A program made the translations under genes and the position numbers. A DNA stretch of 64,000 bases, taken from contig CANHSL010000003.1 in assembly GCA_947463385.1 (NCBI GenBank), forward strand, positions 658 to 64,657, read 5' to 3'. Source of the DNA: Flavobacteriales bacterium. GTDB lineage: Bacteria; Bacteroidota; Bacteroidia; Flavobacteriales_D; Crocinitomicaceae. Below the pieces are notes generated by a model, which saw only the letters and a program-made list of their open reading frames with translations, ran no database searches and was not told where the DNA came from. This document shows, piece by piece, positions 18,792 to 28,118 of this stretch (position 1 is the stretch's first letter; each line of letters begins with the position of its first letter).

Positions 18792-19338
18792 AATACCCAC
18801 CGTTAAGAAACTGATTATTGCTGTTTCCATTGTTATTCCTTTGGTGGTTGGTGCATTATTTCGCATTCGAATTCCTGGAGACCTGTCGTTTTTACCTCCG
18901 GTATATGCAGGGTTTAACGCCGCAACGGCCATGTTACTGATCCTTGCCTTAATCATGATTAAGCAAGGGAAAACAGAATTACACCGCTTTTTTATGCGCT
19001 TAGCGCTTCTGTTGTCTTTGTTGTTTCTGGTTTGTTATGTTGCATATCACCTCACTTCCGATCCAACACAATATGGGGATTTAAACCATGACCATATACT
19101 TAGCGATGCAGAGAAGGCTTCTGCCGGAAATTGGAGATTGGTATATTTTGTTACATTAATAAGCCATATTGGATTGAGCATGGTTGTAATTCCAATGGTG
19201 CTTTACGCGTATCTTTTTGCCTGGGCCGGTCAATACGATGCGCATAAAAAATTGGTGCGTTATGCCTACCCGATCTGGTTATATGTTGCCATCACAGGTG
19301 TGGTCGTGTATTGGATGATATCTCCGTTTTATCGCTGA
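18766..19338 (+). CDS. DUF420 (CtaM-like) membrane protein
   Basis: 190 aa, 4-5 TM segments, terminal gene of the cox accessory operon. Confidence 0.72.
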   Translation: MMNTLAPNKIPTVKKLIIAVSIVIPLVVGALFRIRIPGDLSFLPPVYAGFNAATAMLLILALIMIKQGKTELHRFFMRLALLLSLLFLVCYVAYHLTSDPTQYGDLNHDHILSDAEKASAGNWRLVYFVTLISHIGLSMVVIPMVLYAYLFAWAGQYDAHKKLVRYAYPIWLYVAITGVVVYWMISPFYR

Positions 19339-20475
19339 TTATTTAATTTTAACCTCTACCCTGCGATTTGCTTCTTTCTGTTCTTCAGATTCTGGCTTAG
19401 GAAAGATTGGTTTCGTGTTGCCATAACCAACTGCAGAAAGCCTTTCTGGCTCTATTCCGCAGGAAATTAGATAGTCCACGATACGTTTAGCTCTTTTCTT
19501 AGAAAGTCGCTGAGAACTTAAAGAATTTCCCCCTTCATCATTCACATGGCCTTGAACTTCAATTGAAATACTTGGGTTTAATAATAAGAAATCTTTTAAG
19601 CGTTTCAATCGAGGCATGGATTCCTCCAAAATTATGGCTAGCCCACCTGCGAAATAAATGTCATCTAATTTGGTGATTGCACCATGGGTAATCGGTGCTA
19701 ATAAAATGGTATCGTGATGCGTGGTTGAGGGTATCGGATGCTCAAAAATATCCTTAGAGTAATACCCTTCTGAATCGATGCGCAACGAGGCCTTAAGTTT
19801 ACGTTGGTTATTAACCAAGATGTCGGATCCACGATAGGTACCATCAATTAGGCTAGATGCTACAATCGATAATTTAGCAATTACGGGAAACCCAGTAAGC
19901 TCATCCCTGAAATGTATTCCATAAACAGGAAGTTCTTTTGAATAGGCTAAATTCAGAAGTAAGGAATCCTTTAACACCGTCCCTTCGGATGTTAGTGGGG
20001 TATAGTTTAGCTTTAAATCGATCAAGGGGGTTTTTCCTTTGTTCACATAAAGCGCTATGTAATAATTCTTGTCTGCCGAACATTTGTAAATTGGATTAAG
20101 TGTGTCCTGAGCTGACCTGTTTTCACAAGTCACAAGGTTTGCTTTTTTCGAAGAAATCGCTCCGCAATCGTCTGTTACATTCGTTTCAAAAATGAACACG
20201 ATTATTGAATCTCCAGAGGTGTTTAACGCAAGGCTCATGCGACCACTATGCGGGGGATGAAATTGCAACCAAACTAAATTATTAGAAGACACCGGGAGAT
20301 TACAATACGATTGAATCCCACTTTTGTCTTTCCCTAATTTTCCCTTAAACTTCAATTGATATGTATTATTTGGACTAATTGCTACATTTCCAGCGCATGT
20401 CGAATAATCTTGTTGCGCAAGGAGCGCTTCAACAACTAATAAAAAGAAGAATAGATTAAAGAGCTTTTTCAACAC
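19339..20475 (-). CDS. OmpA-family protein with an uncharacterised N-terminal domain
   Basis: 378 aa with a signal peptide and a C-terminal OmpA/peptidoglycan-binding domain (SQRLSKKRAKRIVDYL...NRRVEVKI). Confidence 0.85.
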   Translation of the reverse strand: MLKKLFNLFFFLLVVEALLAQQDYSTCAGNVAISPNNTYQLKFKGKLGKDKSGIQSYCNLPVSSNNLVWLQFHPPHSGRMSLALNTSGDSIIVFIFETNVTDDCGAISSKKANLVTCENRSAQDTLNPIYKCSADKNYYIALYVNKGKTPLIDLKLNYTPLTSEGTVLKDSLLLNLAYSKELPVYGIHFRDELTGFPVIAKLSIVASSLIDGTYRGSDILVNNQRKLKASLRIDSEGYYSKDIFEHPIPSTTHHDTILLAPITHGAITKLDDIYFAGGLAIILEESMPRLKRLKDFLLLNPSISIEVQGHVNDEGGNSLSSQRLSKKRAKRIVDYLISCGIEPERLSAVGYGNTKPIFPKPESEEQKEANRRVEVKIK

Positions 20476-20498
20476 CCATATTTTTGGGTATTAACGAG

Positions 20499-21887
20499 TT
20501 ACTCTAAAATAAGTTTCAAATTTCCACCAATCTGGGTTCGAAGAACGAGATGCGTGCTTGTATAGTAAATCTTATTCAATGAGATGCTGGCTATACGTCC
20601 ACTCATCGCGACACCATCCGTTAATGGTTGATTCAGCGACGTATTAATTTCTTTTTTCATGTCGTCAATCATTGGTGTGTAGTTAAATTTACCTTGTTCC
20701 TCCACTAATTGATTGATTTTTGAATTAAAAAACCACTTCGCAGATTTCAGAAGTACACTTTTTGTTTTCACATCAAAATCGACATTGGTCAATTCAATTT
20801 GCTTTAAGGAATCATTTAATACGGGTGTTGCAAGTAAATAAATCACCCCCCGCTTTGAACCAGAGAACTGTGTTTTAAGAATGATTCGATTGTCGGCTGA
20901 TCCTGAAACCGCTATATCGTCAATAATGATTTTTTTTCGTTTTATTTCAAAAACCTCGCCTTTGAACGAAGACCTAATAAAGTTAGATAGAGAATCATAG
21001 CTCAAGATGACGTCCAAGCCAAAGTTCAATCCATTATCCGCCTTACTCTTGGATAAATCGGGAAGTGCGGACGGAATTAATTGGGGTTTTTCTGTTGTGA
21101 AGGAGGGCGAAACATCAATATTAAAATTAAAACTTGCTTTTTTCCCGCTAAATTTCAACTCACTGATCGCCAAAGAAGAAGGGGCAAGACTTAGGTACCC
21201 ATAGCCCGGAATTTCAGTAGGTTCTTGTAGCAACTTCCAAGATTCTTTTGCTGTGGATTTAATATCGATTGCGCTAAACTGCTTATCTATTTCACGCTCT
21301 AGTACCTTGAGTTGTTTGGTAATTTCTTTTTCAACATCCGTAGTAACATCAATATTTGCTACAGTTAATTCACAGGGATCGAGTAATTCGAATTTCTGTA
21401 AATTCGTGGTAGTTTTAAACGTATAATCAGAATTAACCTTCACTGCTGTGCTATATTTAAGACTAAATTTCCGCATCGGTTCATTTTCCCCACAACTAAC
21501 AAATACTCTAGGAATAATGCATGCCCCTTTTTCATCGGTTAGCGTTTGGCATTTCGGACAATAATTAATTTTCAATTTAAGTTGACCACCCAGCTCATAC
21601 CCAATTTTATTTCCACTTCCAGAAAATTTAATCTCATCTCGTTTTATTGAATAGGCAGTACTTACCCCTTCACACTGCTCATTTTTACCTGAGTAAGACT
21701 TTGGGATTTCCTTTTCCGCTGCCTTTAAATAACTTGAGAGATCAATTTCAACAGGAATGGTAATCGCGGACACCTCGCTGTTTAGTGCAGGGTAGGGTTC
21801 GACAAAGTTCTCAGGAACAGCCGTTTCAATGGCTTTACAGGAGGTGAGAAAACACCCAATTAGTAAGGTATATAGAATTGTTTTCAT
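20499..21887 (-). CDS. DUF4403-like lipoprotein
   Basis: 462 aa with lipoprotein signal (FLTSC). Size and composition are consistent with the Bacteroidota DUF4403 family, recognised from memory and not verified. Confidence 0.6.
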   Translation of the reverse strand: MKTILYTLLIGCFLTSCKAIETAVPENFVEPYPALNSEVSAITIPVEIDLSSYLKAAEKEIPKSYSGKNEQCEGVSTAYSIKRDEIKFSGSGNKIGYELGGQLKLKINYCPKCQTLTDEKGACIIPRVFVSCGENEPMRKFSLKYSTAVKVNSDYTFKTTTNLQKFELLDPCELTVANIDVTTDVEKEITKQLKVLEREIDKQFSAIDIKSTAKESWKLLQEPTEIPGYGYLSLAPSSLAISELKFSGKKASFNFNIDVSPSFTTEKPQLIPSALPDLSKSKADNGLNFGLDVILSYDSLSNFIRSSFKGEVFEIKRKKIIIDDIAVSGSADNRIILKTQFSGSKRGVIYLLATPVLNDSLKQIELTNVDFDVKTKSVLLKSAKWFFNSKINQLVEEQGKFNYTPMIDDMKKEINTSLNQPLTDGVAMSGRIASISLNKIYYTSTHLVLRTQIGGNLKLILE

Positions 21888-22025
21888 TCAATTATTTTTT
21901 TTAATAACACATGCTGATTAAACCCGAGGTTATAGGTGTTTAATCCAAAGACCAAGCCCTCTTCTTCTTTAATTATTTGGGATTTATTCAAGGACCCAAG
22001 GGTGAAAATCATAACTAAATAGCGC

Positions 22026-22051
22026 ATAAAAAATCCCGCTGTTGCGGGATT
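22026..22051 (-). terminator. Rho-independent terminator of icd
   Basis: Minus-strand read: AATCCCGC-AACA-GCGGGATT followed by TTTTTT. Confidence 0.75.
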
Positions 22052-22055
22052 AAAT

Positions 22056-23285
22056 TTAATTCATTTTTGCTTTCAATCCGCGATCTAAGGCATCTAAAAA
22101 CTCTTCCGTATACACGTAATGTTCGCCATGGTTGACTTTATTGCCATGTACACATACCGCCAAATCTTTCGTCATTATTCCAGACTCTACCGTATCAATA
22201 CAAACACGCTCTAAGGTCTCGCAAAAATCGATTAACTCTTGGTTGCCGTCTAATTTCCCTCGGAACGCTAATCCACGTGTCCAGGCAAAAATTGAAGCAA
22301 TTGGATTCGTAGACGTTTTCTTACCCGCTTGATGGTCTCTAAAATGGCGCGTTACTGTTCCGTGTGCAGCTTCTGCTTCCATAACCTCACCGTCAGGGGT
22401 AACTAACACAGACGTCATTAAACCCAGCGAACCAAATCCTTGAGCCACTGAATCAGACTGAACATCTCCGTCGTAATTTTTACATGCCCAAACGAAATTC
22501 CCGTTCCATTTCAAGGCAGAAGCCACCATGTCATCAATTAGTCGATGCTCATAAACGATTCCTGCGGCTTGATATGCCGACTTGAATTCTGCTTGATAAA
22601 TTTCTTCGAAAATATCTTTGAACCGCCCGTCATATTTTTTTAAAATCGTGTTTTTAGTAGAAAGATACAAGGGCCATTTTTTACTGAGCGCCATGTTGAA
22701 ACAGCTGCGTGCAAAGCCGCGAATTGATTCATCGGTATTATACATGGCTAATCCAACCCCATCTCCTTTAAAATTATACACTTCAAATTGCTGCACTTCT
22801 CCCCCGTCCTCTGGAGTAAAGGTCATCGTAAGTTTTCCTTTGCCTTTAAACACGGCGTCTGTTGCGCGGTATTGATCACCAAAGGCGTGACGACCAACAA
22901 TAATTGGTGCAGTCCAATTTGTAACTAAGCGTGGGACATTTTTCATTACGATTGGCTCTCTAAACACCGTGCCATCAAGGATGTTACGTATGGTACCATT
23001 CGGAGATTTCCACATGGACTTTAAATTAAATTCTTTAACACGGGCTTCATCCGGTGTAATCGTAGCACATTTAATTCCTACTTGATATTTCTTAATCGCT
23101 TCTGCGGCATCAATGGTGATTTGATCGTTGGTTTCGTCACGTTTTTCAATTCCTAAATCATAATACTTAATATCGACATCCAAATATGGAAGGATAAGTT
23201 TATCTTTTATAAATTTCCAGATGATGCGAGTCATTTCATCTCCATCCAATTCCACCACTGGATTCGCTACGTTTATTTTTGACAT
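22056..23285 (-). CDS. icd: NADP-dependent isocitrate dehydrogenase (subfamily II, eukaryote-like)
   Basis: 409 aa. N-terminus [23 protein letters not shown] is typical of type II IDH. Confidence 0.96.
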   Translation of the reverse strand: MSKINVANPVVELDGDEMTRIIWKFIKDKLILPYLDVDIKYYDLGIEKRDETNDQITIDAAEAIKKYQVGIKCATITPDEARVKEFNLKSMWKSPNGTIRNILDGTVFREPIVMKNVPRLVTNWTAPIIVGRHAFGDQYRATDAVFKGKGKLTMTFTPEDGGEVQQFEVYNFKGDGVGLAMYNTDESIRGFARSCFNMALSKKWPLYLSTKNTILKKYDGRFKDIFEEIYQAEFKSAYQAAGIVYEHRLIDDMVASALKWNGNFVWACKNYDGDVQSDSVAQGFGSLGLMTSVLVTPDGEVMEAEAAHGTVTRHFRDHQAGKKTSTNPIASIFAWTRGLAFRGKLDGNQELIDFCETLERVCIDTVESGIMTKDLAVCVHGNKVNHGEHYVYTEEFLDALDRGLKAKMN

Positions 23286-23326
23286 GGTCTTTAAATTAAG
23301 GTGTAAAGTTAGTAATTGTTAACCAA

Positions 23327-24724
23327 TTAATCCATGGAACCAATCATCTTGGATGGATCTACATAGATATCATATTCTTCCGGAGTCACATGACCTAAGG
23401 AAACTGCAGCATCTTTAAGGGTAGTACCATTCTTATGTGCATATTTTGCAATCTCAGCCGCTTTATAATACCCGATTTTAGTGTTTAATGCAGTAACTAA
23501 CATCAGTGAATTATTTAGGTGCTTTTTGATTTCCGGTAAATTAGGTTCAATCCCTACCGCACATTTATCTGCGAACGAAACACACGCATCACCTATTAAT
23601 CTTGCGGATTGTAATACATTGGCTGCTATCACGGGCTTAAATACATTCAATTCAAAATGACCGTTGGAACCTCCTATTGAAACCGTTACATCATTTCCAA
23701 TTACTTGGGCACAAACCATCGTTAACGCTTCGGGTTGGGTTGGATTTACTTTGCCTGGCATTATTGATGATCCTGGTTCATTATCAGGAATTATAAGTTC
23801 TCCAATACCACAACGCGGACCTGAAGACAACATTCGAATATCGTTAGCGATTTTCATTAAAGCAACTGCTGATCTTTTTAACGCGCCTGACAACTCCACC
23901 ATGGCATCATGAGCCGCTAAGGCTTCAAATTTGTTTTTTGCAGTTACAAATGGTAGACCCGTAAATTCAGCAATTTTTTTAGCTACTAATACATCGTAGC
24001 CAGCAGGTGTATTCAACCCGGTACCAACCGCTGTTCCTCCAAGAGCAAGTTCTGAAACGGCTTCCAATGCATTGTTGATGCATCGAATGGAATAATCAAT
24101 TTGTGCTACATAACCGCTAAACTCTTGACCAAGGGTTAAGGGCGTTGCATCCATAAAATGGGTTCGACCAGTTTTAACGATGTCCTTAAATGCAATGGCT
24201 TTTTGATCTAATATGTCTCGTAAATGTTTCATTCCCGGGAGTGTAATTTCAACCGTTTGCTTGTATGCAGCAATATGCATTGCGGTAGGATACGTGTCAT
24301 TTGACGATTGCGATTTGTTCACATCATCGTTTGGATTGAGCGCTTTAGCTTCATCAAGTAATGAGCCCCCGGTTAGTACATGTCCCCGGTTCGCAATTAC
24401 TTCGTTACAGTTCATGTTTGATTGTGTTCCAGAACCTGTTTGCCAAATAACCAATGGGAATTCACCATCATGCATTCCGGTAAGCATCTCATCGCATACC
24501 GCCCCAATTAAGTCTCGTTTTTCTATTGGCAGGACACCTAACTCATGGTTAGCGAACGCTGCGGCCTTTTTCAAATATGCAAAGGCATAAATGATTTCTT
24601 TCGGCATGGATCCTTCGGGTCCGATTTTAAAGTTATTTCGAGAGCGTTCAGTTTGTGCTCCCCAATATTTGGAAGCAGGAACCTTTACTTCTCCCATCGT
24701 GTCTTTTTCAATTCTAAATTCCAT
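23327..24724 (-). CDS. fumC: Class II fumarate hydratase
   Basis: 465 aa with the signature [13 protein letters not shown]. Confidence 0.97.
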   Translation of the reverse strand: MEFRIEKDTMGEVKVPASKYWGAQTERSRNNFKIGPEGSMPKEIIYAFAYLKKAAAFANHELGVLPIEKRDLIGAVCDEMLTGMHDGEFPLVIWQTGSGTQSNMNCNEVIANRGHVLTGGSLLDEAKALNPNDDVNKSQSSNDTYPTAMHIAAYKQTVEITLPGMKHLRDILDQKAIAFKDIVKTGRTHFMDATPLTLGQEFSGYVAQIDYSIRCINNALEAVSELALGGTAVGTGLNTPAGYDVLVAKKIAEFTGLPFVTAKNKFEALAAHDAMVELSGALKRSAVALMKIANDIRMLSSGPRCGIGELIIPDNEPGSSIMPGKVNPTQPEALTMVCAQVIGNDVTVSIGGSNGHFELNVFKPVIAANVLQSARLIGDACVSFADKCAVGIEPNLPEIKKHLNNSLMLVTALNTKIGYYKAAEIAKYAHKNGTTLKDAAVSLGHVTPEEYDIYVDPSKMIGSMD

Positions 24725-24753
24725 TGGGTTTGTTTTTATAACTAATTATTGTA

Positions 24754-24761
24754 TACCTTTG
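24754..24761 (+). promoter_or_regulatory. -7 box TACCTTTG for the small membrane ORF
   Basis: Perfect TAnnTTTG, 22 nt upstream of the ATG at 24784, with a TTG about 21 nt upstream. Confidence 0.45.
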
Positions 24762-24783
24762 TAATCGAACACAAATTTACAAG

Positions 24784-24939
24784 ATGATAAGCACTTTTGG
24801 TATTGTTTTATTCCTTTTAATTTTCGGAATGGCATTTTGGTTATTATTATTCCTTCTAGGATTTATTGTTCCTTTTTGGATAACTATTGATATTTTTGAG
24901 CGCTTACGTCCTAAGCGGATTTTAGACGACAAAAAATAA
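24784..24939 (+). CDS. Small (51 aa) hydrophobic membrane protein
   Basis: MISTFGIVLFLLIFGMAFWLLLFLLGFIVPFWITIDIFERLRPKRILDDKK. Too short for the ORF track. It has its own -7 box and a terminator starting 4 nt after the stop. Confidence 0.5.
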   Translation: MISTFGIVLFLLIFGMAFWLLLFLLGFIVPFWITIDIFERLRPKRILDDKK

Positions 24940-24942
24940 TTC

Positions 24943-24965
24943 AAGCCCGCAAGGGCTTTTTTTTT
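24943..24965 (+). terminator. Rho-independent terminator, possibly bidirectional
   Basis: AAGCCC-GCAA-GGGCTT followed by a T-run. An A-run lies on the other side, facing the DEAD-box helicase 3' end. Confidence 0.75.
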
Positions 24966-25002
24966 GCCTTAACGTTTCTGTTCATCCCGGCAATGCGATA
25001 TG

Positions 25003-26322
25003 CTAACGCTTTTTCTTGGGCTTGCCGTATTTTTCTTGCATGGCTTTTTTATGGTTGTACCGCACATTAACCTTTTTGTTTTTCGCTTTTTTCTCGTGAA
25101 AAGAGGCCCCTTTGTTTTCGCGGCTAGGCAATTTGAGGACTTTACCGGGAATGGCAACCACAGGTTTCTCGAATTCTAGTAGTTCCGTTGTGTAGGCCAC
25201 TTGTTTTGGTGTCTTTTCAAATACTAAAGGTTGTTGCATTAGCACTTGAATCGCTTCGAGTGCGGCATCGTCTTTTTCAGAAATGAACGTGATTGCCATT
25301 CCGTTTTTATCCGCTCTTCCTGTTCGACCAATCCGGTGAATGTAGTTTTCAGGATTTTCAGGGATATCGAAATTAATCACATGGGTAACATCCGTTACAT
25401 CAATTCCACGAGCGATTAGATCCGTCGCGATTAAAACACGTGTTGCACCAGTTTGAAAACGTTGAACGGCTTCAAATCTGAAATTTTGAGCTTTATTCGA
25501 GTGAATCACACCGATTGAATCAGATAATTCCTCCTTGATTTCTTCAAACAAGGTATCAGCTAAAGCACGAGAAGAAACGAAAACTAAAATTTTGGAGTCC
25601 CCTTCAAACCCTTTTAATAAATGCCGCAACAAGGATACTTTAGAAAGAAAATTTGGTGCGCGGTACCCTATTTGATGAATTTTATCAATCGGAGAACCTG
25701 CGCGCGCGGCTTCAACTCGGACAGGAGAAATGAGATAGTCTTCTAAAAAAAGAGCCACTTCCTCAGACAAGGTTGCCGAAAAAACCATATGTTGCCTTTT
25801 GGCTGGTAAAAACTCGAACACATTCAATAGCTGTGGCCTGAACCCTAAACTTAAGGTTTCGTCAACCTCATCAATCACTACTTTTTTGATGTGTTTCAAT
25901 TTCAACGATCCACTTGAAGCTAAATCGAAAATCCGACCCGGGGTTCCAACAAGCACATCAAGTCCATTCAAAACCATTGCCGCTTGCGTATTCATGTTGG
26001 CACCGCCATACACTCCTCCAACAACCACATTCATATAGGTAGTTAATTTCTCTACCTCTCTAACCACCTGGGCAACCAATTCTCGCGTAGGCACAATAAT
26101 TAATATTTGAGGATGAGGCCCTTTAGAAAATTCCCACATGCATAAACATGGAAGCAAATAGGCCAATGTTTTTCCTGTTCCTGTTTGCGCAATTCCAATG
26201 GTATCAGCACCCGACATCATCACCTTAAATCCATTGGCTTGAATAGTTGTAGGCGTATGATAACCTAAATCATCCAAGGCATTCCATAGTGGTTTCTTTA
26301 AATTCAAATCGCGAAATGTCAT
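25003..26322 (-). CDS. DEAD-box ATP-dependent RNA helicase with a basic C-terminal tail
   Basis: Motifs AQTGTGKT, VIDEVD (motif II variant DEVD), SAT and HRIGRTGR. Confidence 0.95.
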   Translation of the reverse strand: MTFRDLNLKKPLWNALDDLGYHTPTTIQANGFKVMMSGADTIGIAQTGTGKTLAYLLPCLCMWEFSKGPHPQILIIVPTRELVAQVVREVEKLTTYMNVVVGGVYGGANMNTQAAMVLNGLDVLVGTPGRIFDLASSGSLKLKHIKKVVIDEVDETLSLGFRPQLLNVFEFLPAKRQHMVFSATLSEEVALFLEDYLISPVRVEAARAGSPIDKIHQIGYRAPNFLSKVSLLRHLLKGFEGDSKILVFVSSRALADTLFEEIKEELSDSIGVIHSNKAQNFRFEAVQRFQTGATRVLIATDLIARGIDVTDVTHVINFDIPENPENYIHRIGRTGRADKNGMAITFISEKDDAALEAIQVLMQQPLVFEKTPKQVAYTTELLEFEKPVVAIPGKVLKLPSRENKGASFHEKKAKNKKVNVRYNHKKAMQEKYGKPKKKR

Positions 26323-26338
26323 AGCCGTAAATTTTATG

Positions 26339-26346
26339 CAAAGCTA
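26339..26346 (-). promoter_or_regulatory. -7 box TAGCTTTG for the helicase gene
   Basis: Perfect TAnnTTTG on the minus strand, 16 nt upstream of the ATG at 26322. Confidence 0.4.
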
Positions 26347-26502
26347 AGTAGACATTATTGAATGTCTTGCATTTAATTTTATCTAAAACACAGGGCTTAC
26401 TTTTTTCAGCGTTTAGCAGGGATTTGTCTACTTGAAGATTCAGAATCAAAGGTAATGTCAAATTAACCCCCATCATCAGCCAATAGTTAACCATTCCGTG
26501 TA

Positions 26503-26510
26503 TATTTTTG
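26503..26510 (+). promoter_or_regulatory. -7 box TATTTTTG for queA
   Basis: Perfect TAnnTTTG, 19 nt upstream of the ATG at 26530. Confidence 0.45.
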
Positions 26511-26529
26511 CAACAAAATAGAAAAGAAA

Positions 26530-27744
26530 ATGACCAATATTGAGGACTTCAATTATGACCTTCCGGATTCGCACATTGCACGTTATCCAGCAACGCCTCG
26601 AGATACGAGTAAATTACTAGTTTACAATGAAGGAGGAATATTCAATGATCATTATTATAACTTGCCTAAACACCTACCTGAAGAATCCTTATTAATCATA
26701 AACAATAGTAAGGTAATTGAAGCAAGGTTGCATTTTCGAAAACCCACCGGAGGGCAATTGGAAATATTTTGTTTGGAGCATAGTGAAATTTACCCCGATG
26801 TAACTTCGGCGATGCAGCAAAAAGCACACGTTGAATGGATTTGTCAGGTTGGCGGGGTAAAAAAATGGAAATCCGGTACAGTCGAACTTCAGTTTGAATA
26901 CCAAGGAATTACACATACACTCTATGCGCAACAATTGCAGCGTTTAGACGCTGGATTTAAAATTCATTTTCATTGGACGAACGCTCAACTTTGTTTCGGA
27001 GAAATCCTGCACTTAGCCGGAAAGATTCCACTGCCCCCCTACCTCAATCGAGATAATGAGGAAAGCGACAAAACTAATTATCAAACAGTTTATGCCAAAG
27101 AAGATGGTTCGGTTGCCGCACCCACGGCAGGGTTGCATTTGACTGAGGAATTGTTTGCCGCACTTCGAGAAAAACAGATAAATACGGCTATGCTGACCTT
27201 ACATGTTGGCGCGGGAACGTTTAAACCCGTCAAAACTAATACAGCTGAGGGACATGACATGCACTCAGAATTCATCGAGGTGCGACAAGAACTTCTAGAA
27301 GTATTACTTCAAAAACCTGAACAGACAAGAATTGCTGTCGGTACCACGTCGTTACGCACACTTGAAAGTCTATATTGGATGGGGGTTAAACTCATTCAAG
27401 ACCCCCTTTTGATGCTAGAACACGTACAGTTAAGCCAGTGGGAAGCCTATTCACTACCTCAAGAATATTCCTTTACTGAGGCCATTCAGGCGGTATTAAC
27501 ACAATTTAAAAAAGAGCGTTGCGATCAATTCCTAACAAAAACTAGTATGATGATCAAGCCGGGATATCGCATTCGAAGCGTTGATGCAATGTTAACGAAC
27601 TTTCATCAGCCCAAGTCCACCCTTTTACTTTTGATTCATGCCTTTGTGGGGAATGATTGGAAGAAAATTTATGACGTTGCGCTTGCTAATAACTATCGAT
27701 TTTTGAGCTATGGAGATGGAAGCCTGCTGTGGTTGAACAAATAA
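26530..27744 (+). CDS. queA: S-adenosylmethionine:tRNA ribosyltransferase-isomerase
   Basis: 404 aa. N-terminal FNYDLP..IA.YP, GLHLT, VGTTSLRTLES, TNFHQPKSTLLLL. Confidence 0.95.
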   Translation: MTNIEDFNYDLPDSHIARYPATPRDTSKLLVYNEGGIFNDHYYNLPKHLPEESLLIINNSKVIEARLHFRKPTGGQLEIFCLEHSEIYPDVTSAMQQKAHVEWICQVGGVKKWKSGTVELQFEYQGITHTLYAQQLQRLDAGFKIHFHWTNAQLCFGEILHLAGKIPLPPYLNRDNEESDKTNYQTVYAKEDGSVAAPTAGLHLTEELFAALREKQINTAMLTLHVGAGTFKPVKTNTAEGHDMHSEFIEVRQELLEVLLQKPEQTRIAVGTTSLRTLESLYWMGVKLIQDPLLMLEHVQLSQWEAYSLPQEYSFTEAIQAVLTQFKKERCDQFLTKTSMMIKPGYRIRSVDAMLTNFHQPKSTLLLLIHAFVGNDWKKIYDVALANNYRFLSYGDGSLLWLNK

Positions 27745-27800
27745 AAACATTGATAAAGAGCGAGAATCAGAATGAGAATGAAAATGAAGTAAAACAAAAA

Positions 27801-27834
27801 CGAGAATGACGCTATCGCTCTCATTCTCGTTTTG
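27801..27834 (+). terminator. Rho-independent terminator after queA; the hairpin is usable on both strands
   Basis: CGAGAATGA-N11-TCATTCTCG followed by TTTT. On the minus strand the same hairpin is followed by TTTTTGTTTT. Confidence 0.75.
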
Positions 27835-27850
27835 TGACCCCGGAGGGATT
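27833..27850 (-). repeat. Orphan copy of the tRNA-Arg 3' end (16 nt of tRNA plus 2 flanking nt)
   Basis: TGTGACCCCGGAGGGATT is identical to 28006-28023. Confidence 0.85.
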
Positions 27851-27894
27851 ACGCTGACGCATTTTCCTAAGGATTTGTTCATAGCAAGCTAAAA

Positions 27895-27934
27895 CCCAAA
27901 ACTGCGTAGCAGTTTACGGGTATTTTTGTTTTTA
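27895..27934 (+). terminator. Hairpin plus T-run with no obvious upstream gene
   Basis: CCC-AA-AAACTGC-GTA-GCAGTTT-AC-GGG followed by TATTTTTGTTTTT. Confidence 0.45.
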
Positions 27935-27943
27935 GTCGCTTAT

Positions 27944-27959
27944 CAAAAGATCTTTTGAC
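27944..27959. repeat. Perfect 16-bp palindrome TCAAAAGATCTTTTGA
   Basis: The sequence is its own reverse complement and is centred on GATC. It lies between the two terminator hairpins. Confidence 0.9.
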
Positions 27960-27965
27960 CGCGTT

Positions 27966-27997
27966 AAAAACAAAAAACCCAGCACTTTCGTGCTGGG
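27966..27997 (-). terminator. Rho-independent terminator of tRNA-Arg
   Basis: Minus-strand read: CCCAGCAC-GAAA-GTGCTGGG followed by TTTTTTGTTTTT, starting 10 nt after the tRNA 3' end. Confidence 0.8.
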
Positions 27998-28007
27998 TTT
28001 TTGCTTG

Positions 28008-28081
28008 TGACCCCGGAGGGATTCTAACCCCCAACCCTCAGAGCCGAAATCTGATGCGCTATACAGTTGCGCCACGGAGCC
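28008..28081 (-). tRNA. tRNA-Arg (anticodon UCG), 74 nt, no encoded CCA
   Basis: Manual cloverleaf: GGCTCCG-TG-GCGC-AACTGTATA-GCGC-A-TCAGA-TTTCGGC-TCTGA-GGGTT-GGGGG-TTAGAAT-CCCTC-CGGGGTC-A. The 7-bp acceptor stem has two G.U pairs. Anticodon loop is U33 and TCG with G37. Atypical T19 and A56. Confidence 0.8.
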
Positions 28082-28118
28082 ATTGTTTGGCGAGTGAGCA
28101 ACTGAAATACCCAAAGGG

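Noticed and set aside
25003-26322. Motif II of the helicase reads DEVD, not DEAD
   Set aside because: All other helicase motifs are intact. Variants at the third position of motif II are tolerated within the DEAD/DExD family, so this is not evidence of inactivation.
26351-26366. Hairpin GACATT-ATTG-AATGTC in the helicase/queA divergent intergenic region
   Set aside because: It is a short 6-bp AT-rich stem upstream of both promoters, with no flanking signal. It is indistinguishable from chance.
26530-27744. QueA is about 50 aa longer than the E. coli enzyme as I recall it. The extra sequence falls mostly between VGTTSLRTLES and IKPGY.
   Set aside because: I cannot establish from memory whether this length is normal for the lineage. 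There is no repeat or domain signature, so it is probably a lineage-typical loop.
27762-27789. Short run of GAATGA-like hexamers (GAATCA GAATGA GAATGA AAATGA) after the queA stop
   Set aside because: There are only about four imperfect units. They share sequence with the arms of the adjacent terminator hairpin. The run is too short to call a microsatellite or a regulatory array.
27625-27882. 85-aa minus-strand ORF overlapping the end of queA
   Set aside because: It is antisense to the conserved queA C-terminus and reads through the queA terminator hairpin and the hexamer repeats. It is not credible as a gene.
27833-28023. Integrated mobile element bounded by the 18-bp direct repeat of the tRNA 3' end (att-like sites)
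   Set aside because: Only 155 bp separate the repeats. No integrase, excisionase or other mobile-element gene exists anywhere nearby. At most this is a scar of past recombination, so it is reported as a finding and not as a mobile element.
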